Part shown: positions 60,020 through 64,000 of the stretch, in pieces
Layout: each line of letters opens with the position of its first letter
Position numbering within the stretch: the first letter of the stretch is position 1
Source of the DNA: Octopus sinensis
Taxonomy: Eukaryota
Length of the DNA: 64,000 nucleotides
Direction of reading: 5' to 3'
Assembly: GCF_006345805.1 (NCBI RefSeq)
Contig: NC_043004.1
Span: 78,306,001 to 78,370,000, forward strand
Notes under the pieces: model-generated
Told to the model about the DNA's origin: nothing
Seen by the model: only the letters and a program-made list of their open reading frames with translations
Databases searched by the model: none
Translations under genes and position numbers: made by a program

Positions 60020-60440
60020 TCAGGCATAGGCTTGGCTGTGTCATTAAGAAATTCAATTCTCAACCACGTGATTTGGGGTTCAATCCTATCACATAGCACC
60101 TATGGCTAGTGTTTTCTATTATAGCTCTAGGCTGACCAAAGTTTTATGAACGGATTTGGGAAACGGAAATTGAAAGAAGCTTGTTGTGTTTGTGAGTTGG
60201 TATCTTTATGATTTTTTGTCTCAACTGTTCACGGTAATTGTAAACGAATGTCATAGTCATACTGGTGGTGTTGTTCCAGCCACGGGGCCATTTGTGTTTG
60301 AAGGACAAGAGGAAATATGACCTTGTTAGGAAACAGGTAAGGGTTGGTGATAAGAAGGGCATCCAGCTGTAAAGTTTGCACATTGAATTTCGTCTAATTC
60401 ATACAAGCATGGAAAAAATGTTATAAGGATGAGGATGGTA
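60020..60440 (+). mobile_element. SINE family A'
   Basis: Head gcttggctgtgtc...ggttcaatcc, core, then aagaagggcatccagc tail. Confidence 0.72.
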
Positions 60441-61009
60441 TAATGTGATTAAATGACTTGTTATTGAAGATGCATAGTAAGTTGGTAAGAAAGTGTGATG
60501 CTTGTATGTCCAATAAAACAGTTGGTTAGGAAGTTAGGAATTATTTTGGTTACATATGAATGTGGAAATTTCATTTATTGTTTTTCACCTATTGCTTGTT
60601 TCAATGATTAGATCACGGCCATGCTGGGGCACTGCAGCAAAGAGTTCTTAGTCAAATGAATAGACCCCAGTACTTTTTTTTTTTTTTCGAAGACTGTTAT
60701 TTGGTCTCTTTTGCTGAACTGCTATGTTATGGTTGTGGTGAGGTACAAACACACACATGAACATATTTCAGGCTTCTTTCAGTTTCCATCTACCAGATCC
60801 ACTCACAAGGCTTTGGCCAGCCTGGTTGGAAAGCTGTGTCTGTGCCTATCATCTTGAAGTTTATTCAGAAACTTGCTGGTTTGTGATTTGTTATTGTTGA
60901 GGTTTTAAATCTCCATATTTTCTTTTTTTTTATATATACATGGAATATATAATTTATAATTGGATACAATGTATATTGTTGTTGTTTTGTCTAATGACAT
61001 TTCTCTGTT

Positions 61010-61632
61010 AATGGGTTCTCGGCCCTTTTTTTACCTATGGACTCCTTTAATTCCTATTTTACTCAGGTGTATCCCCATAGCCTGATTCAGTTTTTAAAAA
61101 ATCGAGGTGTGGCTGTGTGGTAAAAAGTTTGCTTCCTAACCGCATGATCCCTGGTTCAGTCACACTGTGTGGCACCTTGGGCAAATGTCTTCTTTTATAG
61201 CCTCAGGTCGACCAAAGCTTTGTAAGTGGATTTGGTAAAGGGGAACAGATAGAATCCTGTTGTGTGTGTGTGTTTATGTCCCTGTAATTAGTGGTTTGGC
61301 AAGGGTCAATAAAATAAGAACCAGGCTTTAAAAAACATAGGTGCTGAGGTTGATTTGTTTGCCTAAAATTCTACAAGACACTGCCCTAGTATAGCTGCAG
61401 TCTAAATGATTGAAATATATAAAATTTAAGATTTTTCATAATTAAATATTACAAGAAATTGTATTACAAAAAAAAAAATTAAAATATTTAGTGCATTGTA
61501 GAGAAAAACCAGTTTATTGCACACAAGTTTTAACAACATGATCTTATCTGGACCTCCAAGGGGCATATGTACCCTAGCCTGGGTCATATCCCCCCCTCCA
61601 CAAGGGTCATCTGTACTGCAGTTGAAAACCAT
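61010..61632. mobile_element. hAT-like MITE remnant interrupted by a SINE; related ends at 13582 (CAGTGGTTTCCAACC), 30672 (CAGTGTTTCTCAACC) and about 54612
   Basis: CAGTGGTTCTCAA-type termini typical of hAT/Charlie MITEs; right end gttgaaaaccattg at 61621-61634. Confidence 0.5.
61100..61420 (+). mobile_element. SINE family A, nested inside a hAT-like MITE
   Basis: Head gtggctgtgtggtaaaaag, core and tail recognisable. Confidence 0.78.
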
Positions 61633-62234
61633 TGGATTAAACTGCTCCCAATCTTTGCCTCGTATATTATAGACTTTGTGTAACCTGATGGAGATTGAGT
61701 GGGCGTTGCTTTTATTGAAGCTGTTGTTGAAATTGTTTCTCTGTAACTTGTTCCACTAAATTATATGAATATCCTTTATTAACTAGCATTTGTTTTATCT
61801 TATTGATTTCTTATTCTATTGATCTCTTTTTGTAGTGCTGCCTTTGTGAATGAGAAATTAAAGACCCCTTTTTAGTAATGGGTGTTGGATTTATAGCTAT
61901 ACTATGTATGTATGTATGTATGTATGTATGTATGTAGTTGAGGTGTGTTCTGTTAAGAACGTATAATAGTACAAATAGAGCTTGTTCACCCTTAGAATTC
62001 TCAAATAGCTGGTAGTTCCAGGATGGAAATCTAAATTTACTTAGGGAGACGGCAACTGAGTATCGCCTGAGGAGATAAATATAGATCTTCTTATACAGGT
62101 AAATCATTACATAATTTAATTTAAATTTAAATCCTGTATATACGAGGATCTGTATGCATCGGAATATTTGTAGCAATTAAAAAGCTGCCTAACCGTACTT
62201 ACTCTTCCTTTTGACTCTTTTACTTTTTACTTTA

Positions 62235-62319
<85 letters not shown>

Positions 62320-62626
62320 AGGTGCAATGGCCCAGTGGTTAGGGCAGTGGATTTGCAGTTGTAGGATCGCAGTTTCGATTCCCAGACTGGGCATTGTGAG
62401 CGTTTGTTGAGCGAAAACACCTAAAGCTCCACAAGGCTCCACAAGGCTCCAGCAGGGTGTGGTGGCAGGGAACCCTGCTGTACTCTTTCACCACAACTTT
62501 CTCTCACTCTTTCTTCCTGTTTCAGTTGTACTTGTATTTCAAAGGACCAGCCTTGTCACAATTGTTTCTGGAGATAAATTAGCATTTTGTTGTTTTGGTG
62601 GCATCACTGTAAAGAACCAACAATTA

Positions 62627-62935
62627 GAGGAGGAGACCCCCTTCGGTCATGACTGACCATGGGATAGCACCTAGAAAGTTACCCTCCAAGGCACAAGTCC
62701 AGGCAAGGTTGTTTGTGGAAGGCCAGCAGTCATCTATGCATACCAGCTTCCCATCTCCACACCACTGATGTTATCCAAGGGAAAGGCAAAGGGGCCGATA
62801 CAGCTTGGCACCAGTGATATTGCAACTCATTTCTACAGCTGAGTTAACTGGAGCAACATGAAATAAAATGTCTTGCTCAAGAACACAACACGCAGCCCGG
62901 TCTGGGAATTGAACTCACAACCTCATGATCATAGC
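62627..62935 (-). mobile_element. Meta-core SINE with a third tail type
   Basis: Reverse complement reads gagttcaattcccagaccggg..gtgttgtgttcttgagcaagacatttt...ttgctccagttaactcagctgtagaaatgagttgc..., ending catgaccgaagggggtctc. Another tRNA-head SINE lies next to it at 62320-62570 (+). Confidence 0.72.
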
Positions 62936-64000
62936 AATTCGAAGTTGTGCATTCTAGACTTTCATTTTGTAGTAATGAATCAACTGATGAGGAGCAATTC
63001 ATATCTCAGTTTGTATACTGTTATTATCAGAAGTGGTAAACTGTCAATAGCTTTGCCATGTTCTGTGTTTATAAGTGTAAAGCATTGTGCTGTTGAGAAC
63101 TTGGGTGGGGGTACAATTTGCAGGGCTTTGCATAAAAGTGCTTTCTGTTCTTAAGAAGGGTCATAACCTATGTATTGCTTCATAAAGTTTATTTTTTCTT
63201 AAAGAAACACTCAAACCCCTTCCCCCTTCCCCCCCACATCACCCACTCATCATCTACCTACTTTCAAGAAGCTAAAAGCTCTGAATGTTTCACTTTCGTA
63301 TGATTCTTCATGAATGTGTAGAATTCTACTGAAATAACAGACATAAAAAATATCAGACCACCACCAGAAAACCTGACATGCTAAAAACAACAGTTAAATG
63401 ACATTATTTGTAAAGAAACTTTCCTGCTCTCCAGAAAGCTAAAAGTGAAACATTGAGAGTTTGTAGCTTTTTGAAAGTGGGGAAGTGCTGGGTGGATGTT
63501 GGGGAAGGAAATTTTAGTCTTTTTTTTTAAGAGAAAAGAAATAAGAAAATTCTGTAAGATTCATACTCTCTGGGTTTTTTTTTATCTCTGTGGATTTGCC
63601 AGAAAGAAATTTTGAGAAAAGCAAGCTAAATATTTTGTACCTCAGTGTGAAATAATTTTTTTCCACAGGTTTTTTTTTTAGTGCATTCAATGTATCTGAC
63701 CTCCAAACCCCCCACAAGCCACTTATTTCTGAAAGAAAAAGGGGTGGAGTTGGATCTCTGAGTTTCCCGGGAAATTCGGAGATTCCCACCAGCACAGTTT
63801 TGTTTCATAAGATTTTTTTCTTTTCCAGGTTGTTTCACATGCATTCAACGAATGTGACTTTGAAATCATATATAATTGGCTCCTTTCCTCAGAAAAGGAA
63901 AGATTTGGCTGCTATTTCTAGCATGCTCTGCTACCACCTAACAGCTATTTCGCTAGCTCAGAAGCCAACCGTTTGCATATTTTTTCAAACAATCAAAGTT

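Larger units (their letters stand above)
47245..64000 (+). other. Following intron, apparently running past the window end
   Basis: GTTAGT donor at 47245. A manual scan found no FYVE motif (WxxD, R[RK]HHCRxCG) downstream. Confidence 0.6.

Noticed and set aside
47245-64000. FYVE-coding exon of SARA
   Set aside because: The HHC-like hits (53101 RLHHCP, about 62601 WHHCK) lack the R[RK]HHCRxCG context and splice signals; the exon is presumed to lie outside the window.
1-64000. CRISPR arrays, operons, prokaryotic defence systems
   Set aside because: The sequence is eukaryotic intron DNA. The regularly recurring motifs are dispersed SINE/LINE tails and microsatellites, not repeat-spacer arrays.

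Overview
This is AT-rich, microsatellite-dense eukaryotic genomic DNA. It is most likely from an octopus or other coleoid cephalopod, inferred from the SINE/RTE repeat complement. It is not a prokaryotic window: I see no operons, CRISPR arrays, rRNA genes or real tRNA genes. The window is mostly intron of one + strand gene, the invertebrate SARA/endofin (ZFYVE9/ZFYVE16) orthologue. A 52-nt first coding exon (MDIVDLDKVLDDFEEDE, 9529-9580) splices in frame across a 35.3-kb phase-1 intron to a 2361-nt phase-1/phase-1 exon (44884-47244). That exon encodes a long acidic, probably disordered region with the GARPK motif and a JIP1-like KRPTSLNLP motif. I could not find the FYVE-coding exon, so it probably lies beyond 64000. 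The introns hold decayed retrotransposons of at least three RTE lineages (one with a PHD-like finger inside the RT, one BovB-like), an R4-type RLE LINE end, a CR1 end, a Penelope-like inverted repeat with two degenerate minimal hammerhead ribozymes, a DD37D (maT) Tc1/mariner remnant and TTAA-ended and hAT-like MITEs. There are also roughly 60 copies of several modular tRNA-head SINEs or RTE-tail repeats; repeat boundaries are approximate and by eye. Nearly all other ORFs in the supplied track are microsatellite or SINE artefacts. The leads most worth testing are: a GC-rich structured RNA island with a cUUCGg tetraloop (RTE 5' UTR-like), the hammerhead-bearing inverted repeat, a ~480-bp foldback, a JNK-docking-like motif in SARA, and a stop-free multiple-of-3 giant exon flanked by inverted SINEs. 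I found no clearly new system. All of these leads are hypotheses from manual reading, without searches or folding software.
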